Part shown: positions 1 through 15,000 of the stretch, piece after piece
Position numbering within the stretch: the stretch's first letter is position 1
Layout: each line of letters opens with the position of its first letter
NCBI GenBank assembly: GCA_964057225.1
Contig: OZ059899.1
Span: 15,934,001-15,998,000, forward strand
Length of the DNA stretch: 64,000 nt
Origin: Auanema rhodensis
Taxonomy: Eukaryota > Animalia > Nematoda
Reading direction: 5' to 3'
Notes under the pieces: generated by a model
Told to the model about the DNA's origin: nothing
What the model saw: only the letters and a program-made list of their open reading frames with translations
Database searches by the model: none
Program-made: the position numbers and the translations under genes

Positions 1-3000
1 GCAGGCTGTAGTCACGTTGTGTCCGGTGAATGTTCGCTTTTCTCTAAGATCATCATCGAAAATCAAATAAAAACACTTTGAGGTGGGGTATTCAGATGTG
101 TAGATTCTGAATCTCTTAGAGAAATTTGGCTAGGACTTCTCCTGTTTACGGAAAAACGGTTTATATCGACGCCATCCACAAGATTTGTTCACAAAAAAGT
201 TCAGGCTGTAGACACGTTGTGTCCGGTGAATGTTCGCTTTGCTCCAAGACCATTATCCAAAATCAAATAAAAATACTTTGAGGTGGGGTATTCAGATGTG
301 TAGATTCTCAATCTCTTAGTGAAATTTAGCTAGGACTTCTCCTGTTTACGGAAAAACGGTTTATATCGACGCCATCCACAAGATTTGTTCACAAAAAAGT
401 TCAGGCTGTAGTCACGTTGTGTCCGGTGAATGTTCGCTTTGCTCCAAGACCATTATCCAAAATCAAATAAAAATACTTTGAGGTGGGGTATTCAGATGTG
501 TAGATTCTCAATCTCTTAGTGAAATTTAGCTAGGACTTCTCCTGTTTACGGAAAAACGGTTTATATCGACGCCATCCACAAGATTTGTTCACAAAAAAGT
601 TCAGGCTGTAGACACGTTGTGTCCGGTGAATGTTCGCTTTGCTCCAAGACCATTATCCAAAATCAAATGAAAATACTTTGAGGTGGGGTATTCAGATGTG
701 TAGATTCTCAATCTCTTAGTGAAATTTAGCTAGGACTTCTCCTGTTTACGGAAAAACGGTTTATATCGACGCCATCCACAAGATTTGTTCACAAAAAAGT
801 TCAGGCTGTAGACACGTTGTGTCCGGTGAATGTTCGCTTTGCTCCAAGACCATTATCCAAAATCAAATGAAAATACTTTGAGGTGGGGTATTCAGATGTG
901 TAGATTCTCAATCTCTTAGTGAAATTTAGCTAGGACTTCTCCTGTTTACGGAAAAACGGTTTATATCGACGCCATCCACAAGATTTGTTCACAAAAAAGT
1001 TCAGGCTGTAGACACGTTGTGTCCGGTGAATGTTCGCTTTGCTCCAAGACCATTATCCAAAATCAAATGAAAATACTTTGAGGTGGGGTATTCAGATGTT
1101 TAGATTCTGAATCTCTTGGAGAAATTTGGCTAGGACTTCTCCTGTTTCCGAAAAAACGGTTTATATCGACGCCATCCACAAGATTTGTTCACAAAAAAGT
1201 TCAGGCTGTAGACACGTTGTGTCCGGTGAATGTTCGCTTTGCTCCAAGACCATTATCCAAAATCAAATAAAAATACTTTGAGGTGGGGTATTCAGATGTT
1301 TAGATTCTGAATCTCTTAGAGAAATTTGGCTAGGACTTCTCCTGTTTACGGAAAAACGGTTTATATCGACGCCATCCACAAGATTTGTTCACAAAAAAGT
1401 TCAGGCTGTAGACACGTTGTGTCCGGTGAATGTTCGCTTTGCTCCAAGACCATTATCCAAAATCAAATGAAAATACTTTGAGGTGGGGTATTCAGATGTG
1501 TAGATTCTCAATCTCTTAGTGAAATTTAGCTAGGACTTCTCCTGTTTACGGAAAAACGGTTTATATCGACGCCATCCACAAGATTTGTTCACAAAAAAGT
1601 TCAGGCTGTAGACACGTTGTGTCCGGTGAATGTTCGCTTTGCTCCAAGACCATTATCCAAAATCAAATGAAAATACTTTGAGGTGGGGTATTCAGATGTG
1701 TAGATTCTCAATCTCTTAGTGAAATTTAGCTAGGACTTCTCCTGTTTACGGAAAAACGGTTTATATCGACGCCATCCACAAGATTTGTTCACAAAAAAGT
1801 TCAGGCTGTAGACACGTTGTGTCCGGTGAATGTTCGCTTTGCTCCAAGACCATTATCCAAAATCAAATGAAAATACTTTGAGGTGGGGTATTCAGATGTT
1901 TAGATTCTGAATCTCTTGGAGAAATTTGGCTAGGACTTCTCCTGTTTCCGAAAAAACGGTTTATATCGACGCCATCCACAAGATTTGTTCACAAAAAAGT
2001 TCAGGCTGTAGACACGTTGTGTCCGGTGAATGTTCGCTTTGCTCCAAGACCATTATCCAAAATCAAATAAAAATACTTTGAGGTGGGGTATTCAGATGTT
2101 TAGATTCTGAATCTCTTAGAGAAATTTGGCTAGGACTTCTCCTGTTTACGGAAAAACGGTTTATATCGACGCCATCCACAAGATTTGTTCACAAAAAAGT
2201 TCAGGCTGTAGTCACGTTGTGTCCGGTGAATGTTCGCTTTGCTCCAAGACCATTATCCAAAATCAAATGAAAATACTTTGAGGTGGGGTATTCAGATGTG
2301 TAGATTCTGAATCTCTTAGAGAAATTTGGCTAGGACTTCTCCTGTTTACGGAAAAACGGTTTATATCGACGCCATCCACAAGATTTGTTCACAAAAAAGT
2401 TCAGGCTGTAGACACGTTGTGTCCGGTGAATGTTCGCTTTGCTCCAAGACCATTATCCAAAATCAAATAAAAATACTTTGAGGTGGGGTATTCAGATGTG
2501 TAGATTCTGAATCTCTTAGTGAAATTTGGCTAGGACTTCTCCTGTTTCCGAAAAAACGGTTTATATCGACGCCATCCACAAGATTTGTTCACAAAAAAGT
2601 TCTGGCTGTAGTCACGTTGTGTCCGGTGAATGTTCGCTTTGCTCCAAGACCATTATCCAAAATCAAATGAAAATACTTTGAGGTGGGGTATTCAGATGTT
2701 TAGATTCTGAATCTCTTAGAGAAATTTGGCTAGGACTTCTCCTGTTTACGGAAAAACGGTTTATATCGACGCCATCCACAAGATTTGTTCACAAAAAAGT
2801 TCAGGCTGTAGTCACGTTGTGTCCGGTGAATGTTCGCTTTGCTCCAAGACCATTATCCAAAATCAAATGAAAATACTTTGAGGTGGGGTATTCAGATGTT
2901 TAGATTCTGAATCTCTTAGAGAAATTTGGCTAGGACTTCTCCTGTTTACGGAAAAACGGTTTATATCGACGCCATCCACAAGATTTGTTCACAAAAAAGT

Positions 3001-6000
3001 TCAGGCTCTAGTCACGTTGTGTCCGGTGAATGTTCGCTTTGCTCCAAGACCATTATCCAAAATCAAATGAAAATACTTTGAGGTGGGGTATTCAGATGTT
3101 TAGATTCTGAATCTCTTGGAGAAATTTGGCTAGGACTTCTCCTGTTTCCGAAAAAACGGTTTATATCGACGCCATCCACAAGATTTGTTCACAAAAAAGT
3201 TCAGGCTCTAGTCACGTTGTGTCCGGTGAATGTTCGCTTTGCTCCAAGACCATTATCCAAAATCAAATGAAAATACTTTGAGGTGGGGTATTCAGATGTT
3301 TAGATTCTGAATCTCTTAGAGAAATTTGGCTAGGACTTCTCCTGTTTACGGAAAAACGGTTTATATCGACGCCATCCACAAGATTTGTTCACAAAAAAGT
3401 TCAGGCTGTAGTCACGTTGTGTCCGGTGAATGTTCGCTTTGCTCCAAGACCATTATCCAAAATCAAATGAAAATACTTTGAGGTGGGGTATTCAGATGTG
3501 TAGATTCTCAATCTCTTAGTGAAATTTAGCTAGGACTTCTCCTGTTTACGGAAAAACGGTTTATATCGACGCCATCCACAAGATTTGTTCACAAAAAAGT
3601 TCAGGCTGTAGACACGTTGTGTCCGGTGAATGTTCGCTTTGCTCCAAGACCATTATCCAAAATCAAATGAAAATACTTTGAGGTGGGGTATTCAGATGTT
3701 TAGATTCTGAATCTCTTAGTGAAATTTGGCTAGGACTTCTCCTGTTTCCGAAAAAACGGTTTATATCGACGCCATCCACAAGATTTGTTCACAAAAAAGT
3801 TCAGGCTGTAGTCACGTTGTGTCCGGTGAATGTTCGCTTTGCTCCAAGACCATTATCCAAAAGCAAATGAAAATACTTTGAGGTGGGGTATTCAGATGTG
3901 TAGATTCTGAATCTCTTAGTGAAATTTGGCTAGGACTTCTCCTGTTTCCGAAAAAACGGTTTATATCGACGCCATCCACAAGATTTGTTCACAAAAAAGT
4001 TCTGGCTGTAGTCACGTTGTGTCCGGTGAATGTTCGCTTTGCTCCAAGACCATTATCCAAAATCAAATGAAAATACTTTGAGGTGGGGTATTCAGATGTT
4101 TAGATTCTGAATCTCTTAGTGAAATTTGGCTAGGACTTCTCCTGTTTCCGAAAAAACGGTTTATATCGACGCCATCCACAAGATTTGTTCACAAAAAAGT
4201 TCAGGCTGTAGTCACGTTGTGTCCGGTGAATGTTCGCTTTGCTCCAAGACCATTATCCAAAATCAAATGAAAATACTTTGAGGTGGGGTATTCAGATGTT
4301 TAGATTCTGAATCTCTTAGTGAAATTTGGCTAGGACTTCTCCTGTTTCCGAAAAAACGGTTTATATCGACGCCATCCACAAGATTTGTTCACAAAAAAGT
4401 TCAGGCTGTAGACACGTTGTGTCCGGTGAATGTTCGCTTTGCTCCAAGACCATTATCCAAAATCAAATAAAAATACTTTGAGGTGGGGTATTCAGATGTG
4501 TAGATTCTGAATCTCTTAGTGAAATTTGGCTAGGACTTCTCCTGTTTCCGAAAAAACGGTTTATATCGACGCCATCCACAAGATTTGTTCACAAAAAAGT
4601 TCTGGCTGTAGTCACGTTGTGTCCGGTGAATGTTCGCTTTGCTCCAAGACCATTATCCAAAATCAAATGAAAATACTTTGAGGTGGGGTATTCAGATGTT
4701 TAGATTCTGAATCTCTTAGTGAAATTTGGCTAGGACTTCTCCTGTTTCCGAAAAAACGGTTTATATCGACGCCATCCACAAGATTTGTTCACAAAAAAGT
4801 TCAGGCTGTAGTCACGTTGTGTCCGGTGAATGTTCGCTTTGCTCCAAGACCATTATCCAAAAGCAAATGAAAATACTTTGAGGTGGGGTATTCAGATGTT
4901 TAGATTCTGAATCTCTTAGTGAAATTTGGCTAGGACTTCTCCTGTTTCCGAAAAAACGGTTTATATCGACGCCATCCACAAGATTTGTTCACAAAAAAGT
5001 TCAGGCTGTAGTCACGTTGTGTCCGGTGAATGTTCGCTTTGCTCCAAGACCATTATCCAAAATCAAATGAAAATACTTTGAGGTGGGGTATTCAGATGTT
5101 TAGATTCTGAATCTCTTAGTGAAATTTGGCTAGGACTTCTCCTGTTTCCGGAAAAACGGTTTATATCGACGCCATCCACAAGATTTGTTCACAAAAAAGT
5201 GCAGGCTGTAGTCACGTTGTGTCCGGTGAATGTTCGCTTTTCTCTAAGATCATCATCGAAAATCAAATAAAAACACTTTGAGGTGGGGTATTCAGATGTG
5301 TAGATTCTGAATCTCTTAGAGAAATTCGGCTAGGACTTCTCCTGTTTACGGAAAAACGGTTTATATCGACGCCATCCACAAGATTTGTTCACAAAAAAGT
5401 TCAGGCTGTAGTCACGTTGTGTCCGGTGAATGTTCGCTTTGCTCCAAGACCAATATCCAAATTCAAACAAAAACACTTTGAGGTGGGGTATTCAGATGTG
5501 TAGATTCTGAATCTCTTAGTGAAATTTGGCTAGGACTTCTCCTGTTTCCGGAAAAACTGTTTATATCGACGCCATCCACAAGATTTGTTCACAAAAAAGT
5601 TCAGGCTGTAGTCACGTTGTGTCCGGTGAATGTTCGCTTTGCTCCAAGACCAATATCCAAATTCAAACAAAAACACTTTGAGGTGGGGTATTCAGATGTG
5701 TAGATTCTGAATCTCTTAGTGAAATTTGGCTAGGACTTCTCTTGTTTCCGGAAAAACGGTTTATATCGACGCCATCCACAAGATTTGTTCACAAAAAAGT
5801 TCAGGCTGTAGACACGTTGTGTCCGGTGAATGTTCGCTTTGCTCCAAGACCATTATCCAAAATCAAATGAAAATACTTTGAGGTGGGGTATTCAGATGTG
5901 TAGATTCTGAATCTCTTAATGAAATTTGGCTAGGACTTCTCCTGTTCACGGAAAAACGGTTTATATCGACCCCATCCACAAGATTTGTTCACAAAAAAGT

Positions 6001-9000
6001 GCAGGCTGTAGTCACGTTGTGTCCGGTGAATGTTCGCTTTTCTCTAAGATCATCATCGAAAATCAAATAAAAACACTTTGAGGTGGGGTATTCAGATGTG
6101 TAGATTCTGAATCTCTTAGTGAAATTTGGCTAGGACTTCTCCTGTTTACGGAAAAACGGTTTATGTCGACCCCATCCACAAGATTTGTTCACAAAAAAGT
6201 TCAGGCTGTAGTCACGTTGTGTCCGGTGAATGTTCGCTTTGTTCCAAGACCATCATCGAAAATCAAACAAAAACACTTTGAGGTGGGGTATTCAGATGTG
6301 TAGATTCTGAATCTCTTAGTGAAATTTGGCTAGGACTTCTCCTGTTTACGGAAAAACGGTTTATATCGACGCCATCCACAAGATTTGTTCACAAAAAAGG
6401 TCAGGCTGTAGTCACGTTGTGTCCGGTGAATGTTCGCTTTGCTCCAACATCATCATCGAAAATCAAATAAAAACATTCTGAGGTGGGGTATTCAGATGTG
6501 TAGATTCTGAATCTCTTAGTGAAATTTAGCTAGGACTTCTCCTGTTTCCGGAAAAACGGTTTATATCGACGCCATCCACAAGATTTGTTCACAAAAAAGT
6601 TCAGGCTGTAGTCACGTTGTGTCCGGTGAATGTTCGCTTTGCTCCAAGACCAATATCCAAAATCAAACAAAAACACTTTGAGGTGGGGTATTCAGATGTG
6701 TAGATTCTGAATCTCTTGATGAAATTTAGCTAGGACTTCTCCTGTTACCGGAAAAACGGTTTATATCGACGCCATCCACAAGATTTGTTCACAAAAAAGT
6801 TCAGGCTGTAGTCACGTTGTGTCCGGTGAATGTTCGCTTTTCTCTAAGATTATTATCGAAAATCAAATAAAAACACTTTGAGGTGGGGTATTCAGATGTG
6901 TAGATTCTGAATCTCTTGATGAAATTTAGCTAGGACTTCTCCTGTTTCCGGAAAAACGGTTTATATCGACGCCATCCACAAGATTTGTTCACAAAAAAGT
7001 TCAGGCTGTAGGCACTGTGTGTCCGGTGAATGTTCGCTTTGCTCCAAGACCATTATCCAAAATCAAATGAAAATACTTTGAGGTGGGGTATTCAGATGTT
7101 TAGATTCTGAATCTCTTAGTGAAATTTGGCTAGGACTTCTCTTGTTTCCGGAAAAACGGTTTATATCGACCCCATCCACAAGATTTGTTCACAAAAAAGT
7201 TCAGGCTGTAGTCACGTTGTGTCCGGTGAATGTTCGCTTTGCTCCAAGACCATCATCGAAAATCAAACAAAACCACTTTGAGGTGGGGTATTTAGTTGTG
7301 TAGATTCTGAATCTCTTAGTGAAATTTGGCTAGGACTTCTCCTGTTTCCGGAAAAACGGTTTATATCGACGCCATCCACAAGATTTGTTCACAAAAAAGT
7401 TCAGGCTGTAGACACGTTGTGTCCGGTGAATGTTCGCTTTGCTCCAAGACCATTATCCAAAATCAAATGAAAATACTTTGAGGTGGGGTATTCAGATGTT
7501 TAGATTCTGAATCTCTTAGTGAAATTTGGCTAGGACTTCTCTTGTTTCCGGAAAAACGGTTTGTATCGACCCCATCCACAAGATTTGTTCACAAAAAAGT
7601 TCAGGCTGTAGACACGTTGTGTCCGGTGAATGTTCGCTTTGCTCCAAGACCATTATCCAAAATCAAATGAAAATACTTTGAGGTGGGGTATTCAGATGTT
7701 TAGATTCTGAATCTCTTAGAGAAATTTGGCTAGGACTGCTCCTGTTTCCGGAAAAACGGTTTATATCGACGCCATCCACAAGATTTGTTCACAAAAAAGT
7801 GCAGGCTGTAGTCACGTTGTGTCCGGTGAATGTTCGCTTTTCTCTAAGATCATCATCGAAAATCAAATAAAAACACTTTGAGGTGGGGTATTCAGATGTG
7901 TAGATTCTGAATCTCTTAGAGAAATTTGGCTAGGACTTCTCCTGTTTACGGAAAAACGGTTTATATCGACGCCATCCACAAGATTTGTTCACAAAAAAGT
8001 TCAGGCTGTAGTCACGTTGTGTCCGGTGAATGTTCGCTTTGCTCCAAGACCATTATCCAAAATCAAATGAAAATACTTTGAGGTGGGGTATTCAGATGTG
8101 TAGATTCTGAATCTCTTGATGAAATTTAGCTAGGACTTCTCCTGTTTCCGGAAAAACGGTTTATATCGACGCCATCCACAAGATTTGTTCACAAAAAAGT
8201 TCAGGCTGTAGGCACTGTGTGTCCGGTGAATGTTCGCTTTGCTCCAACATCATCATAGAAAATCAAATAAAAACATTCTGAGGTGGGGTATTCAGATGTG
8301 TAGATTCTCAATCTCTTAGTGAAATTTGGCTAGGACTTCTCTTGTTTCCGGAAAAACGGTTTATATCGACGCCATCCACAAGATTTGTTCACAAAAAAGT
8401 TCAGGCTGTAGTCACGTTGTGTCCGGTGAATGTTCGCTTTGCTCCAACATCATCATAGAAAATCAAATGAAAACACTTTGAGGTGGGGTATTCAGATGTG
8501 TAGATTCTGAATCTCTTAGTGAAATTTGGCTAGGACTTCTCCTGTTTACGGAAAAACGGTTTATATCGACGCCATCCACAAGATTTGTTCACAAAAAAGT
8601 TCAGGCTGTAGGCACTGTGTGTCCGGTGAATGTTCGCTTTGCTCCAAGACCATTATCCAAAATCAAATGAAAACACTTTGAGGTGGGGTATTCAGATGTG
8701 TAGATTCTGAATCTCTTAGTGAAATTTGGCTAGGACTTCTCCTGTTTCCGGAAAAACGGTTTATATCGACGCCATCCACAAGATTTGTTCACAAAAAAGT
8801 TCAGGCTGTAGTCACGTTGTGTCCGGTGAATGTTCGCTTTGCTCCAAGACCATTATCCAAAATCAAATGAAAATACTTTGAGGTGGGGTATTCAGATGTG
8901 TAGATTCTGAATCTCTTAGTGAAATTTGGCTAGGACTTCTCCTGTTTCCGGAAAAACGGTTTATATCGACGCCATCCACAAGATTTGTTCACAAAAAAGT

Positions 9001-12000
9001 TCAGGCTGTAGTCACGTTGTGTCCGGTGAATGTTCGCTTTGCTCCAAGACCATTATCCAAAATCAAATGAAAATACTTTGAGGTGGGGTATTCAGATGTG
9101 TAGATTCTGAATCTCTTAGTGAAATTTGGCTAGGACTTCTCTTGTTTCCGGAAAAACGGTTTATATCGACCCCATCCACAAGATTTGTTCACAAAAAAGT
9201 TCAGGCTGTAGTCACGTTGTGTCCGGTGAATGTTCGCTTTGCTCCAAGACCATCATCGAAAATCAAACAAAACCACTTTGAGGTGGGGTATTTAGTTGTG
9301 TAGATTCTGAATCTCTTAGTGAAATTTGGCTAGGACTTCTCCTGTTTCCGGAAAAACTGTTTATATCGACGCCATCCACAAGATTTGTTCACAAAAAAGT
9401 TCAGGCTGTAGTCACGTTGTGTCCGGTGAATGTTCGCTTTGCTCCAACATCATCATAGAAAATCAAATAAAAACATTCTGAGGTGGGGTATTCAGATGTG
9501 TAGATTCTCAATCTCTTAGTGAAATTTGGCTAGGACTTCTCCTGTTTACGGAAAAACGGTTTATATCGACGCCATCCACAAGATTTGTTCACAAAAAAGT
9601 TCAGGCTGTAGTCACGTTGTGTCCGGTGAATGTTCGCTTTGCTCCAACATCATCATAGAAAATCAAACAAAAACATTCTGAGGTGGGGTATTCAGATGTG
9701 TAGATTCTCAATCTCTTAGTGAAATTTGGCTAGGACTTCTCCTGTTTACGGAAAAACGGTTTATATCGACGCCATCCACAAGATTTGTTCACAAAAAAGT
9801 TCAGGCTGTAGTCACGTTGTGTCCGGTGAATGTTCGCTTTGCTCCAACATCATCATAGAAAATCAAATAAAAACATTCTGAGGTGGGGTATTCAGATGTG
9901 TAGATTCTCAATCTCTTAGTGAAATTTGGCTAGGACTTCTCTTGTTTCCGGAAAAACGGTTTATATCGACGCCATCCACAAGATTTGTTCACAAAAAAGT
10001 TCAGGCTGTAGTCACGTTGTGTCCGGTGAATGTTCGCTTTGCTCCAAGACCATTATCCAAAATCAAATGAAAATACTTTGAGGTGGGGTATTCAGATGTG
10101 TAGATTCTGAATCTCTTAGTGAAATTTGGCTAGGACTTCTCCTGTTTCCGGAAAAACGGTTTATATCGACGCCATCCACAAGATTTGTTCACAAAAAAGT
10201 TCAGGCTGTAGTCACGTTGTGTCCGGTGAATGTTCGCTTTGCTCCAAGACCATTATCCAAAATCAAATGAAAATACTTTGAGGTGGGGTATTCAGATGTG
10301 TAGATTCTGAATCTCTTAGTGAAATTTGGCTAGGACTTCTCCTGTTTCCGGAAAAACGGTTTATATCGACGCCATCCACAAGATTTGTTCACAAAAAAGT
10401 TCAGGCTGTAGTCACGTTGTGTCCGGTGAATGTTCGCTTTGCTCCAAGACCATTATCCAAAATCAAATGAAAATACTTTGAGGTGGGGTATTCAGATGTG
10501 TAGATTCTGAATCTCTTAGTGAAATTTGGCTAGGACTTCTCCTGTTTCCGGAAAAACGGTTTATATCGACGCCATCCACAAGATTTGTTCACAAAAAAGT
10601 TCAGGCTGTAGTCACGTTGTGTCCGGTGAATGTTCGCTTTGCTCCAAGACCATTATCCAAAATCAAATGAAAATACTTTGAGGTGGGGTATTCAGATGTG
10701 TAGATTCTGAATCTCTTAGTGAAATTTGGCTAGGACTTCTCCTGTTTCCGGAAAAACGGTTTATATCGACGCCATCCACAAGATTTGTTCACAAAAAAGT
10801 TCAGGCTGTAGACACGTTGTGTCCGGTGAATGTTCGCTTTGCTCCAACATCATCATAGAAAATCAAATAAAAACATTCTGAGGTGGGGTATTCAGATGTG
10901 TAGATTCTCAATCTCTTAGTGAAATTTGGCTAGGACTTCTCTTGTTTCCGGAAAAACGGTTTATATCGACCCCATCCACAAGATTTGTTCACAAAAAAGT
11001 TCAGGCTGTAGTCACGTTGTGTCCGGTGAATGTTCGCTTTGCTCCAACATCATCATAGAAAATCAAATAAAAACATTCTGAGGTGGGGTATTCAGATGTG
11101 TAGATTCTCAATCTCTTAGTGAAATTTGGCTAGGACTTCTCTTGTTTCCGGAAAAACGGTTTATATCGACCCCATCCACAAGATTTGTTCACAAAAAAGT
11201 TCAGGCTGTAGGCACTGTGTGTCCGGTGAATGTTCGCTTTTCTCTAAGATTATTATCGAAAATCAAATAAAAACACTTTGAGGTGGGGTATTCAGATGTG
11301 TAGATTCTGAATCTCTTAGTGAAATTTGGCTAGGACTTCTCTTGTTTCCGGAAAAACGGTTTATATCGACCCCATCCACAAGATTTGTTCACAAAAAAGT
11401 TCAGGCTGTAGTCACGTTGTGTCCGGTGAATGTTCGCTTTGCTCCAACATCATCATAGAAAATCAAATAAAAACATTCTGAGGTGGGGTATTCAGATGTG
11501 TAGATTCTCAATCTCTTAGTGAAATTTGGCTAGGACTTCTCTTGTTTCCGGAAAAACGGTTTATATCGACCCCATCCACAAGATTTGTTCACAAAAAAGT
11601 TCAGGCTGTAGTCACGTTGTGTCCGGTGAATGTTCGCTTTGCTCCAAGACCATTATCCAAAATCAAATGAAAATACTTTGAGGTGGGGTATTCAGATGTG
11701 TAGATTCTGAATCTCTTAGTGAAATTTGGCTAGGACTTCTCCTGTTTCCGGAAAAACGGTTTATATCGACGCCATCCACAAGATTTGTTCACAAAAAAGT
11801 TCAGGCTGTAGTCACGTTGTGTCCGGTGAATGTTCGCTTTGCTCCAAGACCATTATCCAAAATCAAATGAAAATACTTTGAGGTGGGGTATGCAGATGTG
11901 TAGATTCTGAATCTCTTAGTGAAATTTGGCTAGGACTTCTCCTGTTTACGGAAAAACGGTTTATATCGACGCCATCCACAAGATTTGTTCACAAAAAAGT

Positions 12001-15000
12001 TCAGGCTGTAGTCACGTTGTGTCCGGTGAATGTTCGCTTTTCTCTAAGATTATTATCGAAAATCAACTAAAAACACTTTGAGGTGGGGTATTCAGATGTG
12101 TAGATTCTGAATCTCTTAGTGAAATTTGGCTAGGACTTCTCCTGTTTACGGAAAAACGGTTTATATCGACGCCATCCACAAGATTTGTTCACAAAAAAGT
12201 TCAGGCTGTAGTCACGTTGTGTCCGGTGAATGTTCGCTTTGCTCCAACATCATCATAGAAAATCAAATAAAAACATTCTGAGGTGGGGTATTCAGATGTG
12301 TAGATTCTCAATCTCTTAGTGAAATTTGGCTAGGACTTCTCTTGTTTCCGGAAAAACGGTTTATATCGACCCCATCCACAAGATTTGTTCACAAAAAAGT
12401 TCAGGCTGTAGTCACGTTGTGTCCGGTGAATGTTCGCTTTTCTCTAAGATTATTATCCAAAATCAAATGAAAATACTTTGAGGTGGGGTATTCAGATGTT
12501 TAGATTCTGAATCTCTTAGTGAAATTTGGCTAGGACTTCTCCTGTTTCCGGAAAAACGGTTTATATCGACGCCATCCACAAGATTTGTTCACAAAAAAGT
12601 TCAGGCTGTAGTCACGTTGTGTCCGGTGAATGTTCGCTTTTCTCTAAGATTATTATCGAAAATCAAATAAAAATACTTTGAGGTGGGGTATTCAGATGTT
12701 TAGATTCTGAATCTCTTAGTGAAATTTGGCTAGGACTTCTCCTGTTTCCGGAAAAACGGTTTATATCGACCCCATCCACAAGATTTGTTCACAAAAAAGT
12801 TCAGGCTGTAGTCACGTTGTGTCCGGTGAATGTTCGCTTTTCTCTAAGATTATTATCGAAAATCAAATAAAAATACTTTGAGGTGGGGTATTCAGATGTT
12901 TAGATTCTGAATCTCTTAGTGAAATTTGGCTAGGACTTCTCTTGTTTCCGGAAAAACGGTTTATATCGACCCCATCCACAAGATTTGTTCACAAAAAAGT
13001 TCAGGCTGTAGTCACGTTGTGTCCGGTGAATGTTCGCTTTTCTCTAAGATTATTATCGAAAATCAAATAAAAATACTTTGAGGTGGGGTATTCAGATGTT
13101 TAGATTCTGAATCTCTTAGTGAAATTTGGCTAGGACTTCTCCTGTTTCCGGAAAAACGGTTTATATCGACGCCATCCACAAGATTTGTTCACAAAAAAGT
13201 TCAGGCTGTAGTCACGTTGTGTCCGGTGAATGTTCGCTTTTCTCTAAGATTATTATCGAAAATCAAATAAAAACACTTTGAGGTGGGGTATTCAGATGTG
13301 TAGATTCTGAATCTCTTAGTGAAATTTGGCTAGGACTTCTCCTGTTTCCGGAAAAACGGTTTATATCGACGCCATCCACAAGATTTGTTCACAAAAAAGT
13401 TCAGGCTGTAGTCACGTTGTGTCCGGTGAATGTTCGCTTTTCTCTAAGATTATTATCGAAAATCAAATAAAAATACTTTGAGGTGGGGTATTCAGATGTT
13501 TAGATTCTGAATCTCTTAGTGAAATTTGGCTAGGACTTCTCCTGTTTCCGGAAAAACGGTTTATATCGACCCCATCCACAAGATTTGTTCACAAAAAAGT
13601 TCAGGCTGTAGTCACGTTGTGTCCGGTGAATGTTCGCTTTTCTCTAAGATTATTATCGAAAATCAAATAAAAATACTTTGAGGTGGGGTATTCAGATGTT
13701 TAGATTCTGAATCTCTTAGTGAAATTTGGCTAGGACTTCTCTTGTTTCCGGAAAAACGGTTTATATCGACCCCATCCACAAGATTTGTTCACAAAAAAGT
13801 TCAGGCTGTAGTCACGTTGTGTCCGGTGAATGTTCGCTTTTCTCTAAGATTATTATCGAAAATCAAATAAAAACACTTTGAGGTGGGGTATTCAGATGTG
13901 TAGATTCTGAATCTCTTAGTGAAATTTGGCTAGGACTTCTCCTGTTTCCGGAAAAACGGTTTATATCGACGCCATCCACAAGATTTGTTCACAAAAAAGT
14001 TCAGGCTGTAGTCACGTTGTGTCCGGTGAATGTTCGCTTTTCTCTAAGATTATTATCGAAAATCAAATAAAAATACTTTGAGGTGGGGTATTCAGATGTT
14101 TAGATTCTGAATCTCTTAGTGAAATTTGGCTAGGACTTCTCCTGTTTCCGGAAAAACGGTTTATATCGACCCCATCCACAAGATTTGTTCACAAAAAAGT
14201 TCAGGCTGTAGTCACGTTGTGTCCGGTGAATGTTCGCTTTTCTCTAAGATTATTATCCAAAATCAAATGAAAATACTTTGAGGTGGGGTATTCAGATGTT
14301 TAGATTCTGAATCTCTTAGTGAAATTTGGCTAGGACTTCTCCTGTTTCCGGAAAAACGGTTTATATCGACGCCATCCACAAGATTTGTTCACAAAAAAGT
14401 TCAGGCTGTAGTCACGTTGTGTCCGGTGAATGTTCGCTTTTCTCTAAGATTATTATCGAAAATCAAATAAAAACACTTTGAGGTGGGGTATTCAGATGTG
14501 TAGATTCTGAATCTCTTAGTGAAATTTGGCTAGGACTTCTCTTGTTTCCGGAAAAACGGTTTATATCGACGCCATCCACAAGATTTGTTCACAAAAAAGT
14601 TCAGGCTGTAGTCACGTTGTGTCCGGTGAATGTTCGCTTTGCTCCAAGACCATTATCCAAAATCAAATGAAAATACTTTGAGGTGGGGTATTCAGATGTG
14701 TAGATTCTGAATCTCTTAGTGAAATTTGGCTAGGACTTCTCCTGTTTCCGGAAAAACGGTTTATATCGACGCCATCCACAAGATTTGTTCACAAAAAAGT
14801 TCAGGCTGTAGTCACGTTGTGTCCGGTGAATGTTCGCTTTTCTCTAAGATTATTATCGAAAATCAAATAAAAACACTTTGAGGTGGGGTATTCAGATGTG
14901 TAGATTCTGAATCTCTTAGTGAAATTTGGCTAGGACTTCTCTTGTTTCCGGAAAAACGGTTTATATCGACGCCATCCACAAGATTTGTTCACAAAAAAGT

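Noticed and set aside
60-150. Spliced-leader RNA-like arrangement in the satellite (TTTGAG|GT, hairpin, AAATTTGG, small hairpin; also GGTTTATA...CAAG)
   Set aside because: No GGTTT-starting ~22-nt leader precedes the GT, the Sm-like site has only three T, the GGTTTATA...CAAG segment is not followed by GT, and variants disrupt these motifs. An Infernal SL1/SL2 search would settle it.
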